Shown piece after piece: positions 44,349 through 57,782 of a stretch of 64,000 bases of DNA. The stretch covers positions 1 to 64,000 of the forward strand of contig JBEBGD010000010.1 of the NCBI GenBank assembly GCA_040081625.1, written 5' to 3'. A model generated the notes under the pieces. It saw only the letters and a program-made list of their open reading frames with translations, was not told the DNA's origin and made no database searches. Within the stretch, counting starts at the first letter, position 1. Every line of letters begins with the position of its first letter. Both the position numbers and the translations under genes were made by a program. The stretch is from Chthoniobacteraceae bacterium (GTDB lineage: Bacteria > Verrucomicrobiota > Verrucomicrobiia > Chthoniobacterales > Chthoniobacteraceae).

Positions 44349-47300
44349 CTAGTCCGGCACCACGGTCACGCTGCCGCTCTGGCTCACGCCGAAGAACTGG
44401 CCGAGCGCCTGGTCGGACTTTTGCAGGAAGACGCCCTTGAACGCCGTCTTCCTCCCGCCCACCGGCGTGAAGCTGCCGGTGAGCAGGCCCGACTTGCTGT
44501 TGCCCGCGAGCGCGAGCGGCACGGGCGTCGTGGCGCTCAACTTGTTCTTCGTGTCGAGCAGCCCGCTGAACGCGAGCGGCGCGGCGAGGTTGCCGTCGGC
44601 CAGCGTGACGTCCGTCGCGCCGTTGTTCGCGTCGAAGGCGGTGTCGATGCGCGTGTTCGACGCGGGCCTGGTGAAGAACGACGCGACGAGATCCGAGGTC
44701 GTCGTGATGCCGGTGACGAAGAACTTCTCCCTCGGCAGATTCGCAGGCTTGAACCACTGGAGCGTGGCGGTCGCATCGGTCGCGGCGAGATTCGCAAAGG
44801 TCACGACGCCGGCGAGCGAGCCCTGGCCCTTGTAGAGGAGCGCGTAGAACTGCGTCCGGCCGTTTTCTGCGATGAAGCCGGTTGCCGACAGCTTCGCGGC
44901 GTCGGCGAGCTGGCCGCCCTTGATCTTGAACACGCCATTCTTGCCGACCGTCATCGTCGCGAAGCCGATGCCCTGCGGATTGCCGACTGCCACGCTCGTG
45001 GGCTTGAGCGCGAGCGTGAACGTCCCGGGCTGCGGATGGAGCCGCGTCTTGCCGTCGTAGAATGACGCCTCGCCCGTGAAGGTGGAGGTGAAGCTGCCGT
45101 CATAGACCTGCCCGGCGATCGTCTGGCCGCCGTCGTCGAGCTGCATCGCGATCGCGAGCGTCGGCTGGCCTTTGCGCGCGATGGTGACGATCGCGCTGCC
45201 GAACGTGTCGAACGCGCCCTTGAAGGCGAAGGTCTTGCCGCCGAGCAGCAGCTTGCCGCTGAAGCTCGCCGTCGCGCTCTCGCTGAGCGTGAGCAGGCCG
45301 GAAGTGTCGTGCGCGCCGCCGGGATTCACGAGCGCGGCGAAGTTCACGGCGCTCGCCGTGAATGGATCGTTGCTCGTGAGCGTGACGGTCGCCGTGGTGC
45401 TCATGCCGAGCATCGAGCCATTGGTCGGCGCGCTGAGCACGACGGTGAAGCTCTCGGCGATTTCAAATGCCGTGTCGTTGAGCAGCGGCACCGTGATTGT
45501 CCTGGAAGTCTCGCCATTGGCGAAATCCAGGTCGCCCATGGTCGCGGTGTAATCTTCACCCGCGGTCGCCGTTCCATCGGCGGTCGCGAAATGGACGCTG
45601 ACCGCGCCATCGGCGCCGACGGCGCGCGTGACGGTGAGCACGACACTCGCGGCAGCCTCGCCCGCGGAGTAGCTCGTGGGATTGAAGCTGAGCACGCCCG
45701 GCAGCACGAGCTGCCAGTTCAGCGTGAAGTCGCCCATCAGCGAGCCGGAGCAGTCCACGGCGATCGAGTAGCTCGCGCCCGCCATGGCGGGGAAGCTGAT
45801 CGTCGCGGGGCTGCCGGCGTTCGAGGCCAGCGACGTGAGCGTGCCGACAGACATCCCGGTGTAGGCGGCCAGAGCCGTCGGCACGGTGCTGCCCGTCGTA
45901 TCGAAGGTCACGGTGCCCGTCGCCGGCGCCGTCCAGCGATACCAGAGCGACGCGACGCCGTTCGAGCCGGCGTGGTTCGGTTCGCCCGGCTGCGAACTCG
46001 CGCCGGTGTTGTCGCCGAAGATCGTGCCGAACGGTCCGCTCAGCGCGACGGCATTGGCGAAGTCGTCGTTGCCGGGATTGTCCTCCGCGTCGTTGATCGT
46101 CAGCGCGATGATATCGCCCGGCCCGTAGAGGATGAGCGCGCCGCCGGTCGGATCGCTCAGGATCAGCCGGATCGTCTCCGGCCCCTCGAGCAGCGCGTCG
46201 GGCAGGATCGGCACGTCCACGGTCTGGCTGGTGATGCCATCGGCGAAGTTCACGACCTGATTCACCGCCGTGAAATCCCCGCCCGATGCGGCTGTAATGC
46301 CCGCGGTGGAGAAGCTCACCGAGATCGCGCCGGCGCTGCCGTTGTTGCGCACGATGGTGATCGTCGCCGGGCCGCCATCCTCATTCACCACGAGCCCTGT
46401 GGAGGCAAAGCTCAGCAGCCCCGCGCTGGTGAAGTCGAGCGACACGACGAAGTTCGGACTGCCGCCCGTCGCATTCACCTGGATCAAATAAGTCGTGCCC
46501 GATGCCGCGACGAAGGTCGTGCCGGTGACGTAGCTGACCGGCGCGAGATTGCCCAGCGCGGTGCCGGTGAAGACGTTGAAGGAATGATCCGCGTCGCCGA
46601 TGCCGACCATCGCGACGCCTGCGGCCGGCGCGGTCCATTGATACCACGCCGACTGGCTCGGCGAGCCGGGTTCGTCCATCTCGATCGTCGCGCCGTCGCT
46701 GAACCCGGCTGCGATCGGGTTGCTCCCCGCGAGCACCGCGGCGCTGGCGAAGTTGTCGTTCGCCGGCGGTGTGGCGTCGTCGTCGTCGTCGAGGATCGAC
46801 ACGTCGATGTTGTTGGGATCGAGCGGCGAGAGAATGGCTCCGGTCGCGTTCGAGAGCTCGACGGCGAAGGATTCGTCGCCCTCGACCAGCATGTCGCTGG
46901 CGATCGGGATGATGATCGTCTGCGTCGTCTCGGTCGGGTTGAAGGTGACCGTGCCCATGCTCGCGGTGTAGTCGGCGGGTGAAGTCGCGCTGTTATCGAA
47001 CATCTCGAAATCCACCGTCGAGGTGCCGGTCGTCGAGCCGCTGCGCGTGAGCGTGAGCACGAGGTTTCCGCCCGCCACATTCTCCGCCACCTGCACGTCC
47101 GTGCTCGCGACGCTGATGAGGCTGCCGGTCGGGTCGGTCGTGTAGCTCAAGCTGAACGGGCCGGAGCTGCCGGCGAAGCCGCCCACCTGAATGCGATACG
47201 TGGTCCCTGACGCGGCGGTGAAGGAGACTCTGCTCGCGAGGCCGGTAAAGTCGTCGTTCTCACCGAGCAGCGTGAGCGAGCCGACTGCATTCCCCGCGTA

Positions 47301-49838
47301 GATCGCCAGCACGGTGTCGAAGCCGGACACGTCGAAGGTCGCCACGCCATCGCCCGGGGCGGTCCACGAATACCACACGGTCGGCGTCTGATTCCCGGCC
47401 GGGTTCGGTTCGCCGCCTTCCATGCCGGCGCCGACGCTGGTTCCGCTCGTCATGCCGGACGGACCGGTGAGCACCTCTGCGTTGGCGAATAGGTCGTTGG
47501 CCGGATCATCGTCGTCGTCTTCGATCCGGGCGGCGACAAAGGTCGGCTCATCGAGCAGCGCGCCAGTCGGATTTTGGAGGGAGATGCCGAAGAATCGGTC
47601 GCCCTGGCTGGCCATGTCGCCGTGGACGGTGATGTTCACCGTCTTGGTCGTCTCACCTGCGGCAAAGACGATTGTAGTCGCGACGCCGACGTAGTCGCCG
47701 GGCGTGCCGGGGATGTCCGCGAGTGCAGAGTTGTCGCTCGTGGCGAAGTCCACGGTAGCGCCGTTGCCGATCCCGCCCACGCGCTGCACAGTCACCGGGA
47801 GAGTCACATCCGTGGCGCCTTCGCGCACGGAGAAGCCCTGGTTGTCCGCAAACGAGATCACGCCGCCCGTGGCGATATTCCACGAGAGCGTGGTCGCGCC
47901 GAACACGTTGGTGAAAACGTCGCCGTCCACGCGCACGAGATACGTCTGCCCGGCCAACGCGGTGAAGCGCGGCGACCCCGTGCTGCTGGCGACCGGCGTG
48001 AGGCCGGTGATCCCCGAGGCGAACACATCCACGATCGCGTCGGCCGGCCCGAAGCCGTCGTCCACTTTAGCCGAGAACTCCGTGGCCCCGCCGAGCGGCG
48101 CGACCCAGCAATACCAGATCGTATTCCCCGCCGCATCGTCGGAGAAGGCCGGCTCGCCCGGTTCGGGATCGGCCAGCGCATTGTCGCCGAAGACCTGACC
48201 GGACGGGCCGAAGATCATCTGCGCGGCGGCGAGGTCGTCATTGGCCGGGTCGTTCTCGTCGTCGAAAAGCTGGAGCTGTGCGCGGGAGACATTGCCGAGC
48301 ACCGCGCCGCCCGTCGGCGTCGAAAGGTTCACGACGAGGTCCTCGGTGTTTTCGACATCGCCGTCGTCGAGGATCGCGATGGTGAAGGTCTTCACGCTCT
48401 CGCCGGGGTTGAAGAGCAGGTTCGCGCTGGTGGGGGTGAAGTCGCCGGGAGCGGTCGCGTTTCCGAAGCCGAATTCGTCGGCGGTATCCGCGGTCGCACT
48501 GTAAGTCACACCCACGGTCCCATCGAGCGCGCCGACGCGGCGCACGGTGATCGTCACGGCGCCGCCGCTCTCCCCGGCGACGTAGCGCGGCACGTCGAGG
48601 CCGGTCAACGGGTCGATGTAATTGCGCGTCCCGGAGAGCTCGAACACGCCGGTGGTGGTCGTCTGCCACGAGAGGGTGAAGAAGGCCTGCCCGCCGCCGA
48701 CGGCGATGTAGTAGGTCGTGCCCTGCACGATGTTGATCGCCGCAGCTTGCCGCAGCGCGCCCTGACTCACGAACTGGAGCGCCGGCAGGCCCGGCCCGCG
48801 CAGGATCTCCACGAAGTGCGAAGCGCCTCCGGCCACGTTGAAAGCGACCGCGCCGTTGGATGGCGCCACCCATTTATACCAAACCACCGGCCCGAACCCG
48901 AAGTTCTCGAGGTCGCCCTCAGGGGTCGCCCCGAGGTCGTTGCCCGGCACGCTGCCAGACGCGCCGACGATCAGCTCGGCGTTGGCGAAGTCGTCGTTCG
49001 GCGCCGAGTCATCGCTCACGATCGTCGCGGTGAACTCGGTGATCGCGCCGAGGTTCGCGCCACCGGTCGGACTGCTCAACGTCACGGTGAAGGTCTCCTG
49101 CGCCTCCAAATCCATGTCGTCGTTGATCGGCACGTTGATGAACTGCGGCGTGTTGGACCCGTCGGCGAAACTGAGCGTGTCGGTCGCGGTCGTGAAGCCG
49201 GTGTAATCCTGCCCCGCCGTCGCCGTCACGTTCGCGGTCGTGAAAGTCACGCTGACCGCGCCCACCGTGCCGCCGACGCGATTGACCTCGATGGAGATGG
49301 TCCCGTCCGGCTCACTCACGCTATCCTCGGAAAGCGCGAACTGGATATCTCCGGCCGGGTTGATCTGCTGCCACACGATCGGGAAGGCGCCCTCCTCGCC
49401 ACTGCTCGTGCCGTCGAGGCCGGCGACCTGGATGCGATAGATGGTGCCCGTCGTCGCGCTGAAAGTCACCGTGCTGCCGAAGTCCACCGCGCCGTCGTCG
49501 TTCTCACCCACCAGCACGAGCGTCGTCAGCGCATTTCCGCTATAGATCGACATCACGGTATCGACCGCCGTCCCCGTCAGGTCGAAGGTCACCGGGCCGG
49601 TCTGCGGCGCCTGCCAGTGGAACCAGACGGTGTTGTCGTTGGTGAGAGAGGCGAGGGGGGGGCGCTCGTTCGGAGTCTCCAGCGTCGCGCCCGTGTTGTC
49701 CCCCGACGACATGCCCGAGGCGCCGGTGAGGAGGATGGAATTCGCGAAGTTGTCGTTTGCCGGCGCTTGCGCGAAAGCCGCGCCGGAAAGCGCAACGAAG
49801 AGGGTGGTGATCAAGACGAGGATTCCTTTGGTTTTCAT
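44349..49838 (-). CDS. Large secreted protein with alternating 'PANDxFA' (PPC-like) and Calx-beta domains
   Basis: Signal peptide; about 6 x ND.FA.A..L.G...W..W.AP..G and V.R.GG..G.V.V...T...TA..G.DY...F..GE..K.I.....DD...E..E.F. Confidence 0.88.
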   Translation of the reverse strand: MKTKGILVLITTLFVALSGAAFAQAPANDNFANSILLTGASGMSSGDNTGATLETPNERPPLASLTNDNTVWFHWQAPQTGPVTFDLTGTAVDTVMSIYSGNALTTLVLVGENDDGAVDFGSTVTFSATTGTIYRIQVAGLDGTSSGEEGAFPIVWQQINPAGDIQFALSEDSVSEPDGTISIEVNRVGGTVGAVSVTFTTANVTATAGQDYTGFTTATDTLSFADGSNTPQFINVPINDDMDLEAQETFTVTLSSPTGGANLGAITEFTATIVSDDSAPNDDFANAELIVGASGSVPGNDLGATPEGDLENFGFGPVVWYKWVAPSNGAVAFNVAGGASHFVEILRGPGLPALQFVSQGALRQAAAINIVQGTTYYIAVGGGQAFFTLSWQTTTTGVFELSGTRNYIDPLTGLDVPRYVAGESGGAVTITVRRVGALDGTVGVTYSATADTADEFGFGNATAPGDFTPTSANLLFNPGESVKTFTIAILDDGDVENTEDLVVNLSTPTGGAVLGNVSRAQLQLFDDENDPANDDLAAAQMIFGPSGQVFGDNALADPEPGEPAFSDDAAGNTIWYCWVAPLGGATEFSAKVDDGFGPADAIVDVFASGITGLTPVASSTGSPRFTALAGQTYLVRVDGDVFTNVFGATTLSWNIATGGVISFADNQGFSVREGATDVTLPVTVQRVGGIGNGATVDFATSDNSALADIPGTPGDYVGVATTIVFAAGETTKTVNITVHGDMASQGDRFFGISLQNPTGALLDEPTFVAARIEDDDDDPANDLFANAEVLTGPSGMTSGTSVGAGMEGGEPNPAGNQTPTVWYSWTAPGDGVATFDVSGFDTVLAIYAGNAVGSLTLLGENDDFTGLASRVSFTAASGTTYRIQVGGFAGSSGPFSLSYTTDPTGSLISVASTDVQVAENVAGGNLVLTLTRSGSTTGTSTVDFEMFDNSATSPADYTASMGTVTFNPTETTQTIIIPIASDMLVEGDESFAVELSNATGAILSPLDPNNIDVSILDDDDDATPPANDNFASAAVLAGSNPIAAGFSDGATIEMDEPGSPSQSAWYQWTAPAAGVAMVGIGDADHSFNVFTGTALGNLAPVSYVTGTTFVAASGTTYLIQVNATGGSPNFVVSLDFTSAGLLSFASTGLVVNEDGGPATITIVRNNGSAGAISVSFSTAGITAASGGDFTAVNQVVNFADGITSQTVDVPILPDALLEGPETIRLILSDPTGGALILYGPGDIIALTINDAEDNPGNDDFANAVALSGPFGTIFGDNTGASSQPGEPNHAGSNGVASLWYRWTAPATGTVTFDTTGSTVPTALAAYTGMSVGTLTSLASNAGSPATISFPAMAGASYSIAVDCSGSLMGDFTLNWQLVLPGVLSFNPTSYSAGEAAASVVLTVTRAVGADGAVSVHFATADGTATAGEDYTATMGDLDFANGETSRTITVPLLNDTAFEIAESFTVVLSAPTNGSMLGMSTTATVTLTSNDPFTASAVNFAALVNPGGAHDTSGLLTLSESATASFSGKLLLGGKTFAFKGAFDTFGSAIVTIARKGQPTLAIAMQLDDGGQTIAGQVYDGSFTSTFTGEASFYDGKTRLHPQPGTFTLALKPTSVAVGNPQGIGFATMTVGKNGVFKIKGGQLADAAKLSATGFIAENGRTQFYALLYKGQGSLAGVVTFANLAATDATATLQWFKPANLPREKFFVTGITTTSDLVASFFTRPASNTRIDTAFDANNGATDVTLADGNLAAPLAFSGLLDTKNKLSATTPVPLALAGNSKSGLLTGSFTPVGGRKTAFKGVFLQKSDQALGQFFGVSQSGSVTVVPD

Positions 49839-49995
49839 GGATCGAGAGGTGGTGATGGTTCGTAGTTCCTGGGCCGACGCGCTGTGTGCTCCGCGCTTGT
49901 GTGGGAGCGCTACGGTAATGCGCAAGCCTTTTGATGAAACTGCGCCTTTGCACGGGTCTTGGCGAGCCTGCCGCAGCCTGCTACTTCAGCGCCCC

Positions 49996-50541
49996 ATGCC
50001 TTCCATCGCCACCAAGACCGGGGACGACGGCACGACCGCGCTGATGTTCAGCCGGCGCGTGCCGAAGACCGACCTGCGCATCGCCGCCAACGGCGCCTGC
50101 GATGAACTCAACGCCGCGCTCGGCCTCGTGCGCGTCTCGTGCAGCGAGCCGTCCATCACCGACGCGGTGCTCGGGATTCAAAAGGAACTCGTCACGCTCA
50201 TGGGTGAGCTCGCCGTGGCTTTCGACGATCGCGAACGCTACGCGAAGGCGGGCTTCGACTTCGTCACTCCCGCCATGGCCGACGCGCTGACCGCGCTCAT
50301 CGACGACCTCGAGCAGAACCACCAGATCAGCTACGCCGGCTGGGCCACGCCCGGCGCCACCGCCGCGAGCGCCGCGCTCGATTTCGCCCGCACCATCTGC
50401 CGCCGCGCCGAGCGCGCCGCGTGCGAGTGCCGCGATCGGAAGCTGCCCGTGAGCGGAGAAATCGTCCGCTATCTCAACCGCCTCAGCGACCTCTGCTGGC
50501 TGTGGGCGCGCTTCGTCGAGACCAAGGCTGGCGCTGCCTGA
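49996..50541 (+). CDS. pduO: Cob(I)alamin adenosyltransferase, PduO type
   Basis: TKTGDDGTT, DELNAALG, ARTICRRAER, YLNRLSD. Confidence 0.93.
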   Translation: MPSIATKTGDDGTTALMFSRRVPKTDLRIAANGACDELNAALGLVRVSCSEPSITDAVLGIQKELVTLMGELAVAFDDRERYAKAGFDFVTPAMADALTALIDDLEQNHQISYAGWATPGATAASAALDFARTICRRAERAACECRDRKLPVSGEIVRYLNRLSDLCWLWARFVETKAGAA

Positions 50542-50600
50542 ACCGCGGCAGGAAAGCGTTTGCGCCGCCGGACTCGCTCGATAGCGTCCGCACTCCCACC

Positions 50601-51053
50601 ATGGATTTCCAAGCCCGAATCGATCAAGACCTCAAGGAGGCGATGAAGGCCCGGCAGACTGAACGTCTCGCCGTCATCCGCATGCTCAAGAGCGCGCTCA
50701 TGCTCGCCGCCATCGAGCACGGCGGCGCCGGCTCCCGGCTCGACGAACCCGCCGCGCTCGCCGTCGTCCGCAAGGAACTCAAGAAACGGCAGGACTCGAT
50801 CGAGCAGTTCACCAACGGCGGCCGCCCCGAGCTCGCCGGGAAAGAATCGGCCGAGGCCGCCGTGCTCCAGGCGTATCTCCCGCAGCCGCTCAGCGCCGAC
50901 GAACTCGCCGCGCTCGTGCGCGAAGCCATCGCCGAGACCGGCGCCACGTCGAAGGCGCAGATGGGCGCGGTGATGAAAGCCGCCGTCGCAAAAGCCGCGG
51001 GCCGCGCCGATGGGAAGGCGCTCTCCGCCGCGGTCTCCGCCGCGCTGCCATGA
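50601..51053 (+). CDS. yqeY: GatB/YqeY domain protein
   Basis: DLKEAMKA, KKRQDSIEQF, YLPQPLS, QMGAVMK, GRADGK. Confidence 0.93.
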   Translation: MDFQARIDQDLKEAMKARQTERLAVIRMLKSALMLAAIEHGGAGSRLDEPAALAVVRKELKKRQDSIEQFTNGGRPELAGKESAEAAVLQAYLPQPLSADELAALVREAIAETGATSKAQMGAVMKAAVAKAAGRADGKALSAAVSAALP

Positions 51054-51763
51054 TCAGCGCCATCATCGTCGCAGCCGGCAGCAGCCGCCGCATGGGGTTC
51101 GACAAGATGTTCACCGAACTCGCTGGCAAACCTGTGGTGTGGCATTCGATCAAGGCCTTCGAGGACACGAGCGAGGTCAACGAAATCGTCATCGTCGCGC
51201 GCGAGGAGTGTGTCGCGGAGTTTCAGCAACTCGTGAAGAAGTCCCACTTCCGCAAGGTCAAGACGGTCGTGCCGGGCGGCGGGGAGCGGCACATCTCGGT
51301 CTGGCGCGGCTTGCAGGCAGTCGAGAGCGCCGGCAGCGAATACGTGGCCATCCACGATGGCGCGCGACCGCTGACCACGCCGACGCTCATCCGCGAATGT
51401 CTCGCCGCCGCGCGTGAGCACGGCGCCGCGTGTTGCGCGTCGCAGATCCCCGACACGATCAAGCGCGCGAGCGTGGACCAGATGGTGGAGGAGAGCGTCG
51501 AGCGCACGGGGCTGTGGGCGATGCAGACGCCGCAGATTTTCGCCAGCGGCCTCATCCTCCAGGCCTACGCCGCGCTCATGGCTCGCAACGAGATGGTGAC
51601 CGACGAAGTCAGCGCGGTGCAGAAGCTCGGCAAGAAAATCTGGCTGCTCAAGAATGAGGACTGGAACTTCAAGATCACCTTCGCGCACGACATCGAACTG
51701 GCCGAGCACGTCCTCGCCCTGCGCGCCCGCAAGGCCGGTGCAAAAAAACTCCTGCCCGCGTGA
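51050..51763 (+). CDS. ispD: 2-C-methyl-D-erythritol 4-phosphate cytidylyltransferase
   Basis: IIVAAGSSRRMG, IHDGARP, QTPQIF, TDE, NFKIT. Confidence 0.95.
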   Translation: MISAIIVAAGSSRRMGFDKMFTELAGKPVVWHSIKAFEDTSEVNEIVIVAREECVAEFQQLVKKSHFRKVKTVVPGGGERHISVWRGLQAVESAGSEYVAIHDGARPLTTPTLIRECLAAAREHGAACCASQIPDTIKRASVDQMVEESVERTGLWAMQTPQIFASGLILQAYAALMARNEMVTDEVSAVQKLGKKIWLLKNEDWNFKITFAHDIELAEHVLALRARKAGAKKLLPA

Positions 51764-53031
51764 TGCAAAACGGCTTCCGCACCACCCGCCTCCCGAATGG
51801 CGTCCGCATCGTGACCTCCGCGATGCCACACATGAAGACCGTCGCGATCGGGCTGTGGGCCGCGGTCGGCGGTCGGCACGAGACCGCGCAGCAGAGCGGC
51901 ATCGCGCACTTCATCGAGCACCTGCTTTTCAAGGGCACCGCGCACCGCAACGCGCGGCAGATCACCGAGCACGTCGAGGGCATCGGCGGCTACATCAACG
52001 CCTTCACCACCGAGGACCACACGTGCTACTACGCCAAGGGCGCCGCGCACCATCTGCGCCGGCTCTGTGAAGTGCTCAGCGACGTGTATGTGGACAGCGC
52101 CTTCCCGAAGGCGGAGATCGAGCGCGAGCGCGACGTGATCCGCGAGGAGATCCTCATGTATCGCGACCAGCCCGCGCAGCATGCGCAGGAGCTGCTCAGC
52201 GAGAGCATGTGGCCCGGCCATGCGCTCGGCCGGCCGCTGACCGGCAGCGTCGAGAACGTCGAGCGCTTCACGCGCACGGAGCTGATGGACTTTCAGCGCA
52301 AGCACTACTGCGGCCGCACCACGATCGCTGCCGTCGCCGGCTGCTGCGACCACGAGCAAGTCGTCGGCATCCTCGGCCCGCTGCTGGCGAAGCTGCCCGC
52401 GGGCCGCACGCCGCGTTACTCCCGCGCGCCGCGCACGGTCGGGCCGGTGCACCTGAACCTGCACACGCACGACACCGAGCAGACGCACCTCGCGCTCGGC
52501 TTCCACGCCTTTGGCCGGCGCGACGAACGCCGCTACGCGCTCAAGCTGCTCAGCGTCATCCTCGGCGAAAACATGAGCTCGCGCCTTTTCCAGAAACTGC
52601 GCGAGCGCCACGGCTACTGCTACTCGATCCACTCGAGCACGGTGACGCTCGAAGACGCCGGCGCCATCAGCATCTACGCCGGACTCGACCACGGGAAGCT
52701 CGAGCGCTCGGTCAAGATGATCATGGGAGAAATCAAGCGCGTCTGCCAGCGCGCGCCGACCCGTGGCGAGCTGAAGAAAGCGAAGGATTACTCCGTCGGC
52801 CAGATGCTCATGTCGCTCGAATCGACGACGAGCCAGATGATGTGGATCGGCGAATCGATGGTCGGCTACGGCGCGATCCAGGATCCCGCGGAGATCGAAG
52901 CGCGTATCAACGCGGTGCAACCCGAGGACGTGCAGCGCTGCGCCTGCCACTGCCTGAACCCCGGGCGCCTCGGCCTCGCGCTCGTCGGCCCGGCAAAGGA
53001 GCGCGAGCGCGTCGAGTCCTGGCTGTCGTAA
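51760..53031 (+). CDS. M16B (pitrilysin-family) zinc peptidase
   Basis: HFIEHLLFKGT, NAFT, SSRLFQKLRERHGYCYSI. Confidence 0.93.
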   Translation: MMQNGFRTTRLPNGVRIVTSAMPHMKTVAIGLWAAVGGRHETAQQSGIAHFIEHLLFKGTAHRNARQITEHVEGIGGYINAFTTEDHTCYYAKGAAHHLRRLCEVLSDVYVDSAFPKAEIERERDVIREEILMYRDQPAQHAQELLSESMWPGHALGRPLTGSVENVERFTRTELMDFQRKHYCGRTTIAAVAGCCDHEQVVGILGPLLAKLPAGRTPRYSRAPRTVGPVHLNLHTHDTEQTHLALGFHAFGRRDERRYALKLLSVILGENMSSRLFQKLRERHGYCYSIHSSTVTLEDAGAISIYAGLDHGKLERSVKMIMGEIKRVCQRAPTRGELKKAKDYSVGQMLMSLESTTSQMMWIGESMVGYGAIQDPAEIEARINAVQPEDVQRCACHCLNPGRLGLALVGPAKERERVESWLS

Positions 53032-53082
53032 AGTTTTCCTCGACCGCCGCGGCATTGTCGCCCCCAATAGGGCCGGAAACCC

Positions 53083-53532
53083 ATGAGTCCTCGCACCTTA
53101 TTCCTCCCCGTCCTTTTCATCGCCACTCTGCTCGGCGGCTGCGCCAGCAGCATCCCCGTTTATTCCGGCCCGCGCCGGTCGGCGGGGCAAGTCGCGGTGT
53201 TGCCGCAGGATGAAGCGCAGCGGCAGATTCGCATCCTGTCAGTCGATGGCCGGCGGATTAGCAGACGCGCCGACCTCGAGCTGCTGCCCGGGTCGCACAC
53301 TGTCGAAGTCATCTATCGTCCGCCGAGCGTCGTGCGCAGCTACCCGGTGAGCTTGCGTTTCAACGCCGTGGCCGGGCATCGCTACGTCATGACCGCGAAG
53401 ATGCTTCAGGGCGCTGTCGATGGCTCGGGCCTGTGGGGCGGCAAATACCAGGTGCTCCTCTACGATCTCAACGGCGTGCGCGAAGTCGCCCGCAGCCAGG
53501 GTCCGGCAGCGCCGCCGCGCATCGAGCACTGA
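53083..53532 (+). CDS. Hypothetical lipoprotein
   Basis: Lipobox LLGGC; ILSVDG...LLPGSHTVEV...AGHRY beta-sandwich pattern. Confidence 0.7.
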   Translation: MSPRTLFLPVLFIATLLGGCASSIPVYSGPRRSAGQVAVLPQDEAQRQIRILSVDGRRISRRADLELLPGSHTVEVIYRPPSVVRSYPVSLRFNAVAGHRYVMTAKMLQGAVDGSGLWGGKYQVLLYDLNGVREVARSQGPAAPPRIEH

Positions 53533-53535
53533 CGC

Positions 53536-56733
<3,198 letters not shown>

Positions 56734-56803
56734 TTTGGGAAAAGCTCGCGGGCTTTAGCAGTGGCCAGCGGATGGGGCAATGGGCGGTTGGGAGAAAAAC
56801 CGG

Positions 56804-57688
56804 TCAATCCTTCGCGAGTTCGCGCGCCCGCTCCCGGGCGAGATCGAGAAAGGCGGCCGCCGGCGCCGGCAGGCGGCCGCTCCAAAGTGCGCCAAACACG
56901 AATTGAGGAAAGCCGCGCAGCGCGAGTTCGCGCACGTCCGGAGCTGCCGTGCGGCCGGGGATGTCGAGCGAGAGACCCACGCCGAAACCGTGGCCGACGT
57001 AGGCTTCGATCAACTCGAGGCTGCTCGTCTCCAGTCGCGTCGGCCACGCGAGTTCGCGGCGGACGAGTTCCTTTTGGAAGACTTGCGTGAGATGCTCGCG
57101 CTTGGGCAGCGCGATCAGGGGCGGTGGTTCGCGCTTCAAGGCGCGGAGCACATCGGCGGCGGTGCGGAAAGGCGCACTGTTCTCGACGAGCAGGACCATC
57201 GGCACTTTGAGCAGCGGTTCGCTGCGGACCCCGACCCCCGGCTTAGTCTCGATGAGCACCACGGCGAGATCGATCTCGTGTTCGCGCAGCATGCGCTCCG
57301 CTGCGTGCTGGGTCGCCTCGCGCAAGGTCACGCGGAGGCCGGGCGTCTGCCGCTCGAGCGTCTTGAGCAGTGCGGGCAGGTGCTCGCGCAGCACGCTTGC
57401 GCTCGCGGCGAGGCGCAGGTGCTGCACCGATTCCTGCCGGAGGCGGCCGGTGAGTTGCGGGAGATTCCCGAAGAACGGCGCCACGTGCTCGAAGACATCA
57501 TTCCCCGCGGGCGTGAGCGAAAAGGGCCGCCGATGAAAGAGCCGCGTGCCCAGCGATTCCTCCAGACGCGCGAGTTGCACGCTCACCGCGGGCTGCTGGA
57601 TGCCGTAGGGGATGAGCCGCAGCGCGGCCGTGATTCCGCCGGCGCGCGCGACGTAGTAGAAGAGCTCGAGGTGATGAATGTTCAGCAC
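56804..57688 (-). CDS. LysR-family regulator
   Basis: LNIHHLELFYYVA...QPAVSVQLARLEESLGTRLFHRRPFSLTPAG. Start GTG 57688 or ATG 57712. Confidence 0.92.
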   Translation of the reverse strand: MLNIHHLELFYYVARAGGITAALRLIPYGIQQPAVSVQLARLEESLGTRLFHRRPFSLTPAGNDVFEHVAPFFGNLPQLTGRLRQESVQHLRLAASASVLREHLPALLKTLERQTPGLRVTLREATQHAAERMLREHEIDLAVVLIETKPGVGVRSEPLLKVPMVLLVENSAPFRTAADVLRALKREPPPLIALPKREHLTQVFQKELVRRELAWPTRLETSSLELIEAYVGHGFGVGLSLDIPGRTAAPDVRELALRGFPQFVFGALWSGRLPAPAAAFLDLARERARELAKD

Positions 57689-57710
57689 GGGCGGAGACTG
57701 AAAGGGGAGC

Positions 57711-57725
57711 ATTGATGAAATCAAT
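57711..57725. promoter_or_regulatory. LysR-type T-N11-A palindrome
   Basis: ATTGAT-GAA-ATCAAT in the AT-rich divergent spacer; additional ATCAAT at 57741-57746. Confidence 0.6.
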
Positions 57726-57782
57726 CCTGAAAGTCGAAATATCAATTAACGCCGGACGCGGCTGCGATGGCAGTCTGCGCGC

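Noticed and set aside
49959..49977. Sigma-54 promoter or cobalamin riboswitch before pduO
   Set aside because: GG-N10-GC spacing is present but the TTGC consensus is poor, and no B12-box was seen.
57712..57724. Second FNR box (TTGAT...ATCAA)
   Set aside because: The spacer is 3 nt rather than 4; it fits a LysR T-N11-A site beside lysR.
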